From Phycisphaerae bacterium (GTDB lineage: Bacteria; Planctomycetota; Phycisphaerae; SM23-33), in contig JAWLCQ010000006.1 in the NCBI GenBank assembly GCA_041687095.1, positions 2,965 through 66,964 on the forward strand: a stretch of 64,000 nucleotides of DNA, read 5' to 3'. Below the pieces are notes generated by a model. The model saw only the letters and a program-made list of their open reading frames with translations, had not been told where the DNA came from and searched no databases. A program made the translations under genes and the position numbers. Positions 33,734 through 44,400 of the stretch are shown piece after piece (the first letter of the stretch is position 1; every line of letters begins with the position of its first letter).

Positions 33734-33783
33734 AAGTGGAACCCGTCTTACCGAGCCGGAGCCTTGGGCTTGGGCAAGATGCG

Positions 33784-35466
33784 CTACTGCTCGAAGTGCA
33801 GCTTGTGGTACTGGTTGAAGGCGTAGTAGACGACGTTGATCCCGAGCATGTGGGCGGTGGCGACGGCGTGCTTGTTCGCGCCGCTCGACCCCTCCTTCCA
33901 CAGGTCGTTGATGTCCCCGGGATGGTAGAAGACGACCCATCGCCCGCCGTGCTTCATGCCCAGCGCCCGCGTCCCGTCGTGGTGCCAGAACGACGGAGCC
34001 CCGTTGGGGAACGTGTAGGGCTCGCGGTAGATGATGTCGTCGTTGGGGATGTCGATCCACGGCTTCCCGGGCAGGACCTGCTTCATGAGGTTGCGGAAGT
34101 GGTGCCCGAACGCCCCCCCACCGCAGTCCGCGAAAAGCATGCCGCCCTCCTCCAGCAAGTACCAGCGAAGGGTTTCGATCTCGGACTTGGTCATGTGGAT
34201 GGCCCCGCGGCCGGTGATGAAGACGAAGGGCGGGGCGGCGTTCTTCTTGAACCGCCGCAGCTTGGACACCGGGATGTGCTCGGTGTTTTTGGCGATGGGA
34301 ATGCCCGCGCGGTTGTGGGCCTCGATGAGGAAGTTGTAGTCGGCGCCCTGGCCCATGTCCTGATACCAGTCGCCCCCGCCGTACTCCAGGCGGATGAAGC
34401 GGAGCATGCCCCCGTCCTTCCCGAACGGCCAGCCGCCCTGCTTGCCCCCGCCCTTGCCCAGCTTGCCGGCCCCGATGGCGGTGACCTCGTACTCCACCCG
34501 CGTCATCTCCTCGATCTCCTCATCGATCTTGGACTCGTCGATGTCGGGGCGGTAGTAGATGATCGGGCTGTTCATGTTGAGGACGACCTTGTCGACCTTC
34601 TTGGGCTTGATGGGCTTGATGCGGACGGCCTGCGCGACGGCGGGCGTCCCGCTGCCCGGGGGCAGGTTGTACTCGTCGAGCAGGCAGCCCCACATGAGGA
34701 CGAAGGGCAGGATGACGGCGGCGACGTGGAGGAACGTCGCCCAGTAGTTGCTCGTGCGGTAGCGGGGGTCGTCCCCGTGCGTTTGCAGGTTCTTGAGCAG
34801 CCGGTCGGCGGCGGTCTCCTCGGGGGTCGCGTCGCCCGTGTAGTGCTCGCGGACGGCCCGCAGGGAGACGGCGAGCATGGTGAGGGCGGCGTAGAACATG
34901 GCGGGGACGGCGAACAGGAAGCCCGCCACCCACAGTTCGTCGCGGAAGGGTTTGTCGAAGATCGCCTTGTCGTACGCGTGCAGGGCGCGGGGCAGGCGGT
35001 CGAGGAGGAAGGCCGCCAGGACCCACACCGCCGCCGACGCCCCGGCGGCGAGGCGCATGACCACCAGCGACAGCCGCTGCCGCCACAGCGCCAGCAGCGC
35101 CCCGGCGGCACACAGGGCGGCGAGGACGGACCCGGCGGTCACGAGGCGGGCGAGGGCGGCGAGTTCCTCGACGTCCCGGAAGGGTTGGGGGCCGGTGCTG
35201 TCCTGCGCGTCCGGCAGACGGGCCATGACCGCCAGCACCTGCTGTCCGGCCACCCGCCACAGCAGCAGCACGGGCACGACGCCCGCCAGCATCAGCAGGG
35301 CCATCCTGGCCCGCAGGGGCGTGCGCTCCAGTACCCAGTGCATGCCGCGTGCGACGTACCCCAGGGCGCAGGCCGTCCCGTGGTGGATCTGGGTCAGGAC
35401 CAGGGCGAGCAGATCGGAGAGCTGCTGCGACCAATCCTCGCGTTGTGGGCGTTTCTGCAGGCGCAT
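33784..35466 (-). CDS. Polytopic membrane protein with C-terminal DUF4159-like (ThuA / class-I glutamine-amidotransferase-like fold) domain
   Basis: The N-terminal half has multiple TM helices. The C-terminal half has 'RLEYGGGDW', 'PFVFITGRGAIHMTKSEIETLRWYLLEEGGMLFADCGGG' and 'HPGDINDLWKEG', which match my recollection of the DUF4159 signature. It is the last gene of the Exb/TPR operon. Confidence 0.6.
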   Translation of the reverse strand: MRLQKRPQREDWSQQLSDLLALVLTQIHHGTACALGYVARGMHWVLERTPLRARMALLMLAGVVPVLLLWRVAGQQVLAVMARLPDAQDSTGPQPFRDVEELAALARLVTAGSVLAALCAAGALLALWRQRLSLVVMRLAAGASAAVWVLAAFLLDRLPRALHAYDKAIFDKPFRDELWVAGFLFAVPAMFYAALTMLAVSLRAVREHYTGDATPEETAADRLLKNLQTHGDDPRYRTSNYWATFLHVAAVILPFVLMWGCLLDEYNLPPGSGTPAVAQAVRIKPIKPKKVDKVVLNMNSPIIYYRPDIDESKIDEEIEEMTRVEYEVTAIGAGKLGKGGGKQGGWPFGKDGGMLRFIRLEYGGGDWYQDMGQGADYNFLIEAHNRAGIPIAKNTEHIPVSKLRRFKKNAAPPFVFITGRGAIHMTKSEIETLRWYLLEEGGMLFADCGGGAFGHHFRNLMKQVLPGKPWIDIPNDDIIYREPYTFPNGAPSFWHHDGTRALGMKHGGRWVVFYHPGDINDLWKEGSSGANKHAVATAHMLGINVVYYAFNQYHKLHFEQ

Positions 35467-35491
35467 CTACGACTTTCGCAGGGGGCGGGGG

Positions 35492-35923
35492 CTACCGCAG
35501 CATGTCATCGAGGCTGTCGAGGGACGCATCCTCCGGCCGCTCGTCGGAGGTCTCGGTGACCGCCCTCTCGATGGCCGACTGCCCGCGGACATTGGCGGCG
35601 GGCCTGGCGGGCTGGGAGGCGGCGGCGGCCTCGGCGGCGGCCTGTTTCTGCTTCATGGCCTCGCGGAGTTCGGCGGTCTTGGCGGCCTTGGCCGCGGCGG
35701 CCTTCTCCTCGCGCTCGACCTTTATGGCCTGCTTGGGATAGAGCGTACCATACTGGACGCACTGGGCGATGAAGCCGATCGACGTCGCCCCCACCAGGAC
35801 CACGTGCACGATGATCGCGATCATCAGGGCGTTGCCCATGCGCGAGTCGCTCACGTTCCGCATCAGTTCATCGGGGTGGATGGCGCCCGATTCCAGGTTC
35901 GGTTTGCTGTTCTTCTGTTCCAT
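35492..35923 (-). CDS. Small single-pass membrane protein with Ala/Lys/Glu-rich coiled coil (TolA domain-II-like / TonB-like without C-terminal domain)
   Basis: It has a TM segment 'ALMIAIIVHVVLVGATSIGFIA' followed by 'EREEKAAAAKAAKTAELREAMKQKQAAAEAAAA'. RBS GGAGG. It lies 61 bp after exbD-2. Confidence 0.55.
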   Translation of the reverse strand: MEQKNSKPNLESGAIHPDELMRNVSDSRMGNALMIAIIVHVVLVGATSIGFIAQCVQYGTLYPKQAIKVEREEKAAAAKAAKTAELREAMKQKQAAAEAAAASQPARPAANVRGQSAIERAVTETSDERPEDASLDSLDDMLR

Positions 35924-35984
35924 GGTTCGTCTGATTCCTCCGCCCCGGCGGGTCCGGGGGCGGGTTCCTGTCTGCAGGCGGGTG

Positions 35985-36395
35985 CTACTCTGATTCGCCG
36001 ATCTCTCCGACGAGGCTCATGTTGGCGTCGGTCTTGCTCAACGCCAGGAGGACCGGCCCGTAATCCTTCTGCTTCAGTTTCTTGTCGATCCGCACCATCA
36101 CCTCGCGCTCCTTGCGCCCCTCCAATAGGCCGCGAACGGTGCTCTCGACGATCCCCACGCTCATCTCGTCCCCGTCCACGAAGACTATGCCCTCCTCGTC
36201 GACCATCACGGACACGGGGGGCAGGGGGCTGGGCAGGCGGGCGATGTCGGGGGAGACGGGCGGCTCGCTGGTGACGTTCTTCTCCTTCATCGTCGAGGCG
36301 AGGATGAAGAAGATGATCAGCAGGAAGGCGATATCGCCCATCGAGGCGATGGGGACCATGATCCGCGGGCGCGTGCGTCGCCGGTCGAACTTCAC
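35985..36395 (-). CDS. exbD: Biopolymer transport protein ExbD/TolR
   Basis: 'IASMGDIAFLLIIFFILAST' is the ExbD TM segment, followed by a periplasmic domain. It overlaps the upstream exbD by 4 nt (ATGA). Confidence 0.85.
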   Translation of the reverse strand: MKFDRRRTRPRIMVPIASMGDIAFLLIIFFILASTMKEKNVTSEPPVSPDIARLPSPLPPVSVMVDEEGIVFVDGDEMSVGIVESTVRGLLEGRKEREVMVRIDKKLKQKDYGPVLLALSKTDANMSLVGEIGESE

Positions 36396-36868
36396 TGCCC
36401 ACCTCCGGACGACTCCGCCCCGCCGCCGCTCCCCCCGCCCTGCTGGTCCTCCCCGCGGTCGATCAGGGCCAGAACGCCCCCGGCGCGGGTGATGGCCATG
36501 GTGACCTCGTAGTAGTGCTGCCAGGACACCTCGGGGCTGCTGTCCACCACGACGACGCGGTCCTGCTCGGCCTTTTTGGGGAAGTCCTCCTGCATCAGCC
36601 GCTCGCGGAGGCTCATCATGGTCAGTTGCTCCGCCCTCTCGCCGTAGCGGATCTCCAGCCCCCCCGTCCCATCGGGCCGCAGGTTCACCGTCGGGTACTC
36701 GACCTGCTTGGACTGGTCGGGCGTGCCCGAGGGAATGGCGATCTCCTCCCCGGCGGGCTTGACCAGCTCGGTGGTGAGGATGAAGAAGATGATGAGGAGG
36801 AAGGCGACGTCGGCGAACGAGCCGACGTTGATCTCCGGATCCTCGCGATGTCTGCGGCGCATCCTCAT
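36392..36868 (-). CDS. exbD: Biopolymer transport protein ExbD/TolR (second paralogue) with Gly-rich C-terminal tail
   Basis: 'VGSFADVAFLLIIFFILTT' is the ExbD TM segment. The C-terminus is 'GGGSGGGAESSGGGQ'. Confidence 0.85.
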   Translation of the reverse strand: MRMRRRHREDPEINVGSFADVAFLLIIFFILTTELVKPAGEEIAIPSGTPDQSKQVEYPTVNLRPDGTGGLEIRYGERAEQLTMMSLRERLMQEDFPKKAEQDRVVVVDSSPEVSWQHYYEVTMAITRAGGVLALIDRGEDQQGGGSGGGAESSGGGQ

Positions 36869-36875
36869 GCGGGGA

Positions 36876-37523
36876 TCAGCCCTTCGCGGCGGCGTGTTCG
36901 AGGGTGATGAAGTCGATCAGCTCGGTGGAACTCTCCTCGATCGCGAGCCAGTAGCGGTCCACCTTGCGGGAGAAGATCGAGTGGGCGACGACGGCGGGGA
37001 TGGCGATGAGGAGCCCGGCGGCGGTGGTGATGAGGGCCTCGGCGATGCCCGCCCCCACCCCGCCGGCGTCCATGCCCATCTCGGCCATCACGGTGAAGGC
37101 CCCGATCATGCCCGTCACGGTCCCGGTCATCCCCAGCAGCGGGGAGACGGTGGCGATGAGCGTGAGGAGGTTCATCCGCTTTTCGAGGGCCTCGATGACG
37201 TGGGGGGCGTAATCGCTCATGGTGCGGGTGACGTTGCCCTCGATCTCCGCCACGGGGCGGTTGAGCTGCATGAGGCGGCGGAACTTGTGCAGCCCCACCA
37301 GCAGCACGGCCGCCACGGGCCCCTTGAACCGCTCGCACTCGGCGATGGCGTCGTCGACCTGGTTCTGCTCGAGCAGTTCGATGACGCGATAGCGCAGGGC
37401 GTTGGCGTCGATGGAGGCGATGTTGAAGGCTCGGACGCGGTCGATGATCACGGCCAGGGCGACGATCGAGCAGGCGATCAGCCCGACCATCACGTACCCG
37501 CCGTCAATGATGTACTGCAGCAT
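36876..37523 (-). CDS. exbB: MotA/TolQ/ExbB proton-channel protein
   Basis: It has three TM helices and 'GPVAAVLLVGLHKFR...GMTGTVTGMIGAF...IAEALITTAAGLLIAIPAV', the ExbB/TolQ signature. Confidence 0.85.
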   Translation of the reverse strand: MLQYIIDGGYVMVGLIACSIVALAVIIDRVRAFNIASIDANALRYRVIELLEQNQVDDAIAECERFKGPVAAVLLVGLHKFRRLMQLNRPVAEIEGNVTRTMSDYAPHVIEALEKRMNLLTLIATVSPLLGMTGTVTGMIGAFTVMAEMGMDAGGVGAGIAEALITTAAGLLIAIPAVVAHSIFSRKVDRYWLAIEESSTELIDFITLEHAAAKG

Positions 37524-37550
37524 ATGCTATCCTGTTCCTGAAGGTTCCCG

Positions 37551-39779
37551 TTACTCGCCGCCGCCGCTCGTCCCGAGCCTCGCGTCGATCACGTCGAGGT
37601 ACTTCTTGGCCTGGGCGGCCATCTGGGGGTACTGGCTCATGAGCTGCTCGGCCTTGTCCTTGGCCATGGCGTAGTCGCCCATGCGGTAGGCGGCCGCGAT
37701 CCACTGCAGCAGCATCTTGGGCAGGAAGGCGGCGTCCTGGTAGTCCTGGAAGACGCGCTCCATGAGTTCGACGGCCCGGGCGTAGTCCTTGGTCTCGATG
37801 TAGTACTTGGCGATCCACTCCAGCGCCTCCCCGGCGAAGGGCGAGTCGGGCCAGCTCTCGGCGCACTTGCGGTAGGCGAGCAGCGCCTTGCCCAGTTGCT
37901 GCGTCTTCTGCTGCTCCGTCTCCATCTTCGCCGCCGCCGCCTCCAGCAGCGCCCCGATATTGTACTGCGCCTCGGCCGCCAGGTCCGAATTCTGCAGCCG
38001 CGTGACCTCGGTGAAGATCCGCATGGCCTCCTCGGTCTCGCCCGCCTCCTTCTTGGCGACGGCGATCTTGAACAGGGCCTGGTCCACGAGGGACGAGTCG
38101 GGGAAGAGCTGCATGAGGGTGCGGCAGATGCCGATGGCCTCGGTGAGCTTGTCCTGCACGAGCAGCAGGTCCCACTTGACGCTGAAGGCCTCCTCGACGA
38201 CGTCGCGGTCGAGCGACGCCTTGATGTGGACGCTGATGACCTCGTCGATGCGGTCGAGGCCCTCGGCGGCCTTCTCGAAGGCCTTGCTCTTGAGCCCCAC
38301 CTCGCGGAAGATCTGCCCGAGCTTCAGGTAGATCTTGCCCTCAATGAGGTTCTTGCGGGCCTTGTCGCGGAGGCGCTCGACGACGTTCTGCTCGATCACC
38401 ACGTCCTGGATCTGCCCGATGAGGAGCTTGGCCTTGGCGGAGATCTGCCGCGGGTCGCGGCCCATCATGTGCTGCTCGTCCACGTAGGTCACGACGATGT
38501 CGTCGCCCTGCAGCGACGCCAGCATGTCGTCGCCGGTGTTGATCGCCGACTCGTCCGTCACGATCGCCGTCACGATCTTCCCGACGAACACGCCCGTGTG
38601 CGGGCCCGTCTCGACGAGGTCGATCTCCAGTTCGTCGCGGCGGCGGATCTCCTCCCTGGGCGCCTCGAGGTCCACGTTCTGCGGGGCCTGCCCGTCGGCG
38701 AACTGCCGCACCGTGTACTCCGTGTGCAGCTTCACGCGGATGCGGTCGGGCTGATCCGTCCGGTCGCGGTCGAGGTCCTTCACGCGAAGGAAGCAGTCCT
38801 TGTCGCCGTACACGCCCTTGGTGTACTCCTTGTAGGCCCCGTCGGTGAAGCCCAGGGCGGCCGTGCCGACGAGCTGGATCGTCGCCAGGATCCTCTGGTC
38901 GATCTGCCCGTCCTGCGTGTTGCGGTCGGTGAAGACGACCTCGACCTGGTCGGCCCCGACGAACTGCAGGATCCCATCGCCCTTCTTCGGGGCGCCGAGT
39001 TCCGTGCGGATCGAGCCGATGTAGTGCTCCCCGGAGCGGCCCAGGGGCTCCAGGGTGATGACCTCCTCGTCGCCCGTCGCGGCGCGGAGGGCCACCTGGA
39101 TGGCCTCGCCCTTGGCGGCGAGGACGACGAAGTCCTTGTCGAAGACCTTCACGTAGAGGCGTTGCCCGGCCTCGGCGTAGGTCATGGACTTCTGGTTGGG
39201 CGGGACGCTGGTCCCGACCATCTCCAGGGCCTCGATGGCCTTGGTCCATCGCCCGAGCTTGAAGTGGCACTGGCCGATGTAGTAGTAGGCCTCGTTGGCG
39301 TAGACGCTCCAGGGGTAGTCGTTGGTGACCTTCCGGAAGCTCATGAAGGCGTTGTCGAGGCGGTCGAGCATGAAGTAGCAGATGCCGAGCTGGTAGAGGG
39401 CCTCGGCCTGCTCTTCGGGGTCCTCGCTCTCCTCGACGTTCCGCAGGGCGCGGATGGCGAGGGGGAAGTTGTTCTCCTTGAGGTGCTGCTTGCCCAGCAC
39501 CAGGTGCGCCTTGAAGCGGGCCTTGCTCTTGGGGTACATCTGCGGGACGCTCTGCAAGAGCTTCACGCCTCGCTCCGTCTGCCCGGACTCCAGCAGCTCC
39601 AGGCCGCGGTCGAGCATGGTCTTGGCCTTGTACTCCGTGCGGGCGTCGTCGTCGCCCTCCTCGGCCGCGGGCGCCTGCCCGAACACCGCGCCCCCCGCCG
39701 GCAGCCCAAGGAGGCAGGCGACGAGGACCGCCCCCGCCGCGTACATCCGCCACATCCTGTCCATCTTGCTGTCTGTCAT
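37551..39779 (-). CDS. Secreted TPR-repeat protein (742 aa) with internal beta-sandwich-like modules shared with the giant protein
   Basis: It has a signal peptide 'MWRMYAAGAVLVACLLGLPAGGAVFG'. There are multiple TPR units at both ends. The central modules include 'ITLEPLGRSGEHYIGSI' and 'VDLVETGPHTGVFVGKIV'. Confidence 0.8.
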   Translation of the reverse strand: MTDSKMDRMWRMYAAGAVLVACLLGLPAGGAVFGQAPAAEEGDDDARTEYKAKTMLDRGLELLESGQTERGVKLLQSVPQMYPKSKARFKAHLVLGKQHLKENNFPLAIRALRNVEESEDPEEQAEALYQLGICYFMLDRLDNAFMSFRKVTNDYPWSVYANEAYYYIGQCHFKLGRWTKAIEALEMVGTSVPPNQKSMTYAEAGQRLYVKVFDKDFVVLAAKGEAIQVALRAATGDEEVITLEPLGRSGEHYIGSIRTELGAPKKGDGILQFVGADQVEVVFTDRNTQDGQIDQRILATIQLVGTAALGFTDGAYKEYTKGVYGDKDCFLRVKDLDRDRTDQPDRIRVKLHTEYTVRQFADGQAPQNVDLEAPREEIRRRDELEIDLVETGPHTGVFVGKIVTAIVTDESAINTGDDMLASLQGDDIVVTYVDEQHMMGRDPRQISAKAKLLIGQIQDVVIEQNVVERLRDKARKNLIEGKIYLKLGQIFREVGLKSKAFEKAAEGLDRIDEVISVHIKASLDRDVVEEAFSVKWDLLLVQDKLTEAIGICRTLMQLFPDSSLVDQALFKIAVAKKEAGETEEAMRIFTEVTRLQNSDLAAEAQYNIGALLEAAAAKMETEQQKTQQLGKALLAYRKCAESWPDSPFAGEALEWIAKYYIETKDYARAVELMERVFQDYQDAAFLPKMLLQWIAAAYRMGDYAMAKDKAEQLMSQYPQMAAQAKKYLDVIDARLGTSGGGE

Positions 39780-39848
39780 GGATTCACCCTTGCTCGATCC
39801 GCTGTACTGCCGAGTTCCGTGTCGCTCGGCCGCCTGTCAAACGGTGTG

Positions 39849-41450
39849 CTAGAATTCCTCGTCCGTCTCCCGCAGCCCGGTGTCGACGCCGTACTTCTCG
39901 AGCAACTGGTGCGCCCGCGACGACTCCTGAGACTTGGGGTATACCTTCATGATCCGCCGCGCCATGGCGACGGCGGTCTTGTCCTCGCCCGCCTGGTGCA
40001 TGTACCACGCCTGCTGCCAGGCGGCCCGCGAGGCGTCGGGCGGGAACATCGTCTCGATCTCCTGGAGGGTCCGCATGGCCTCGTCGACCTTCTTCATGCG
40101 GTACTGGCAGTCCTGGATGGCCCAGAGCGTGCCCGGAGGCTTTCCGATCGTGCGGTAGAGCTTGATCGCCTCCTCGTAGCGGCCCATGTAGTGGTGGTAG
40201 AGGTGCGCCCTCGCCGCCAGCGCCCGCGAGGCGTAGGCCTCGTCGCCCATCTTCTCGATGCCCTGGAGCTGCTTGTCGCACTCCGCCCACTTCTCCTGCC
40301 GCGCGTGCAGTTCGTACACCTTCCACGCGGCGAGGACGCGGTTCTTCATGTACCCGATGACCACCTGGGCCAGCTCGAACTCGCGGTTGGCGACCATGCG
40401 GTCGACGACCCAGTTCCACTTCGCGTCGCGCGCCTCGTCGCCCGCGATGGCCTTGACGATCTTGACGATCTCGTCGACGGCCTTCTGCACCCCGGCCTTG
40501 TCGCCCGTCCCGCGGGCGAGGTCCCAGTAGTGGATGTGGTACGTCCACAGGTCGTCCGTCTGCTTGTACCACTCGACGCGGGACTTGAAGTACTCGAAGA
40601 ACGCCTTGCGGTCCTCGACCCGCCGCTCGGGCGTGGCGATCTCCCCGAGCTTCAGCGGGTGGCGGTCGATGCGAGAGAGGACCTCCAGGGCGTACTCGAC
40701 GACGGCCTTGCGGTGCTTGGCGTTGTCGCGCGCGTCGGGGTTGACCAGCCACTCATCCATGGCGCTGCAGTTCTGCTGGTTGATGTACCAGGCGGTGACG
40801 GAGTCCTTGGCGGATCGGGCCTCGTCGCGGTTGGCGGAGGCGAAGTCGGCGACGACCTGCTTCCAGTAGTGCACCGCCACGTCGTACTCGCCGGTCTTCC
40901 ACTTGTGGTCGGCGAGGGTGCGGACGGCCCCGGCGGCGAGCCAGTGCTTGCGGTACTCCTCGTGGTCGGCCATCGCCTTCATGACGGCGAGGCCCTTGGC
41001 GGTGTCCCCGTTGTCGAAGTGGGCCTGGCCCATGAAGTACAGGGCGGGGGCGGCGTCGGGGACGTCGTGGGCGAAGTAGTCCAGCACCTCCTGGTAGAGC
41101 TTGATGGCGGTGTGGCGGTTCTTCGCGTAGTGCTGCGAGTACGCCTCCATGAACAGCACGTGGGGCACGACGGGCGAGTCGGGGAACTGGACGCGGTACT
41201 TGTTGAACTCCGTCGCCGCCGACTCGAACACCTTGGGCTGCCGCTGCTTCTCGGCCCCTCGGAACAGGTTCAGGGCCTTGTCGTACTGGGCGCGTTCGAA
41301 CATCGTCAGCGCCTTGTACCGCTCGGCGCTGAGGGAGGGGGTCCACGTCTGGGCGTGGAGCGTCCCCGCGAGCAGGGCCACGGCGAGAATCGCCGCGGGC
41401 CAGGCCCGATGAAACGTACTGCTGTTCGCTCGCTCCCTGGGGGTGCTCAT
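39849..41450 (-). CDS. Secreted TPR-repeat protein (533 aa)
   Basis: It has a signal peptide 'AAILAVALLAGTLHAQ' and TPR-like helical repeats throughout. It lies 5 bp after the giant gene. The antisense ORF 37896-41471 is spurious. Confidence 0.8.
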   Translation of the reverse strand: MSTPRERANSSTFHRAWPAAILAVALLAGTLHAQTWTPSLSAERYKALTMFERAQYDKALNLFRGAEKQRQPKVFESAATEFNKYRVQFPDSPVVPHVLFMEAYSQHYAKNRHTAIKLYQEVLDYFAHDVPDAAPALYFMGQAHFDNGDTAKGLAVMKAMADHEEYRKHWLAAGAVRTLADHKWKTGEYDVAVHYWKQVVADFASANRDEARSAKDSVTAWYINQQNCSAMDEWLVNPDARDNAKHRKAVVEYALEVLSRIDRHPLKLGEIATPERRVEDRKAFFEYFKSRVEWYKQTDDLWTYHIHYWDLARGTGDKAGVQKAVDEIVKIVKAIAGDEARDAKWNWVVDRMVANREFELAQVVIGYMKNRVLAAWKVYELHARQEKWAECDKQLQGIEKMGDEAYASRALAARAHLYHHYMGRYEEAIKLYRTIGKPPGTLWAIQDCQYRMKKVDEAMRTLQEIETMFPPDASRAAWQQAWYMHQAGEDKTAVAMARRIMKVYPKSQESSRAHQLLEKYGVDTGLRETDEEF

Positions 41451-41454
41451 AGGG

Positions 41455-44400
41455 CTACTCCATTTCGCTGAAGGCCCGCTCCGTCAGGCGGCCGCGGGCG
41501 ATCTTCGCCCACTTGTCCTCCGGGTAGTCCCAGGTGAGCTTCTTGAACGACTGGTAGGCGAACTGGTAGTTGCGGGCGTTGAAGTACGACTCGCCCAGCC
41601 AGTACATCGCCTCGGGACGGATCTCGCGGTCGTCCGGATAGGTCTCGACGAGCAGCGCGAACCGCTCCGCCGCCGTCTTGAAGTCGTTCATCTTGTAGAA
41701 GCACTGCCCGCTGAGGAACAGCGCCCGCGACGCCAGCTTGTGCTGCGGGTTGCGGTCCTGGAACTTGAAGAACACCTCGCCGGCCGTGTCGTAGCGGCCG
41801 CGCTTGTAGTAGTAGTTGCCCAGCCGCACGACCGCGTTGGCCACCAGGGGGCTCTCGGGGTAGATGTACGTGAGCTTCACGTACTCCTCGCAGGCGGCGT
41901 CGTAGTTCTCGAGGGACTCGTAGCAGATGGCCTTCTGGAGCTGCGAGCGGGAGGCGTACTCGCTGGCGCCCCAGGTGGTGATGACGTTGGCGTAGCGGGC
42001 GATGGCCTCGTCGAAGTTGGCCAGTTCCTGCGCCAGGTTCGCCAGCAGGTACTCGCCCTGCGAGGCGAGGGTGGTGTTGGGGTAGTCCGCCAGGGCCTCC
42101 TCGAGGATCCGCTTGCCCTGGGCCAGTTCCTCGGACGCCAGGTCCTCCTTGCCCAGCTTGCGGTGCTCCTTGGCGACCTCGAAGAGGGCCTCGGCCATCA
42201 GGAAGCGGGTCTTGACCGCCATCTCGGGGTCGGTGAAGAGCTTGGTGAAGACGGCGACCTCGGCGTTGGCCCCGAAGAAGATCGAGCCCGTCCCCTCGAC
42301 GGTCCGCTCGGCGTCGCTGGCGAGGCTGATCCTGTCGACGTAGGTGAACGTCACCTGGTCGCCGAACCCGACGCTCAGGACGTCGTCCTTCGGGTCGAGC
42401 CGCTCCTTCTTCTCCCCGACGTACACGGGCTCGAACGAGCCGGTGAACACGCCCGAGTGCGGGAGCGTCTCGCTCAGCGTGAGCGTCAACTGATCGCCCA
42501 CCCCACTCCTGGCCACGACGGTCAGCTCGTCCCGCGCGTCGGAGACGTCGCTGTCCGGGTCCGTCACCTGCACGAAGAACTTCTCGCCCAGGTGGATCGC
42601 GTTCTTGACGATCGTGTACGACGGGTCGAGCAGTTCCAGCCGCCCGTCCGACAGCAGCCGGATCGAGCGCGTGTGCCGCTCCTTGGTGATCGCGTCCTCG
42701 ACCGTCACGTGCACCACGTCGGACCCGCACACCACGAGGGTGGCGATCTTCTTCAGCTCGTCCTCGGTCCGCGGGACCAGCCCGTCGGTGGTGACGATCA
42801 CGTCGTCGACCTCGTCCCCGGGCGAACCCATCTGCAGGCGGATGACGCCCGCGAAGGTCCCGGCGGAGAGCATGCTCTCGGCGTCGGCGCGGAAGTGCGA
42901 CTGCACCCGCACGTCGTAGCCCTTGGCCCGCGCGAGCCCGTCGGCGGTCCCGATGGAGAGCGGGACGGCGACGATGCGGGCCTCGCGGTTTTCCTCCCGG
43001 GCGGCGTCGAGTTCGGACTGGGCGACGGCGGTCGCGGCCCAGTGGGACCCGGCGTGCAGGGCGAGCGTCGGGTAGTTCACCTCGAAGAGGATCGGGGCGA
43101 TGACGCTGCAGCGGATCGGGTCCTCCGGCGTCCCGGCGGGCTGGGGGGCGGGGGCGGCGGACTTGCCCTGCGGGGAGTACTCCGGGTGCGTCGCGATCAC
43201 GACGTCCTTGAAGACCACCGGGTCCTCGGGGAGGGCGAGCTTCTGCTTGATCCGTTCGGCCTTGCGGGCGGCCTCGTCGCTCGTGTCCTTCTCCTGGGTC
43301 ACCGACGTGCGGTAGACCAGCGGGCGCGGGGTGGCCTGCCCGGCCTCCATGACCTCGTACTCGCGCTGGATCGGGACGCCCGGGGCGGTGTTTTCCTTAT
43401 CCAGGTACGCCACCTTGATGATGTCATCCTGGCGGACCTTGATCTGGTCCCCGCCCGTCTGCTCGCCCGTCCGCAGGACGGCCATGAACGTGCCCGCGTG
43501 GTTGTGCTGCCCGTGCTGCCCCGTCTCCAGGGCCTTGAGCACCAGCCGCTCGCCGCTGCCGGTCGTCACCTCGATCTCCACCACGTCGCGTTCGTCCGTG
43601 AGGTCCAGGTCGTAGTCGACCACGCGGATCATGAGCTGGTCGCCCACGCGGAACCGCTTGGCGGGGTGGAAGATCGACTGCTTGGTCCTCTCGTCGATGT
43701 CCTCGTACGCCAGCTCGATCTCGCCGTTGTAGTACGACGCCTTGAGCGTGCTCGTCAGCTCCGGGGAGCCCACGGAGACGCGCTTCTCGTCCACGTACGT
43801 GACGGTGATGGTGTCCCCGGGGGCGATCTCCAGCGAGTCGTTGGTCCGCCCGGCGGTGAAGTCCTTCTCCACGGGGACGACGGGGCGGCCGTGGCTGTCG
43901 AGGATGGCGATCTCGCTGGCCTCGACGGCGTTGCCGGTGAAGTCCTCGAACACCCACTGCACCTTGCGGAGGCGGGTGGGCTCGGCGAGGACGGCGGTGA
44001 ACCCGTCGTCCGTCATCGTGATCTTGCCCTTGGGCTTGAGGTACTCCGCGAGGCCGGGGTTGGCCGCGACGCTGAACCACTCGGCGGGCAGCGGGGCGAA
44101 CGTGCCGTCATCCTTCATGTACCCCACCACCGCCTGCGACTTGGCGTGCTGGTCGGCGACGAGGACCTCCAGCCTGTGCGCGCCCTTGGCGAGGAACACG
44201 CGGCGGGTCCAGCCGATCGTGTCCTTGGTCATGTTCCCGCCCAGGTACATCTGGCCGTCGATCAGCAGGAACGCATGCTGCCAGTTGTGCGGGCTCAGGG
44301 GCTGGACGAACTTGAACTCGACCGCCTGGTCCTCCGGGAGCCAGAACACCCCGCTCATCTGGCTGACCATCCAGCCCTGGCGGTCCTTGTAGTCGGTGGC

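Noticed and set aside
35492-35923. Calling the small coiled-coil membrane protein TonB
   Set aside because: It has no Pro-rich spacer and no C-terminal TonB domain (only 143 aa). It resembles TolA domain II at most, so I left it as TolA-like or uncharacterised.
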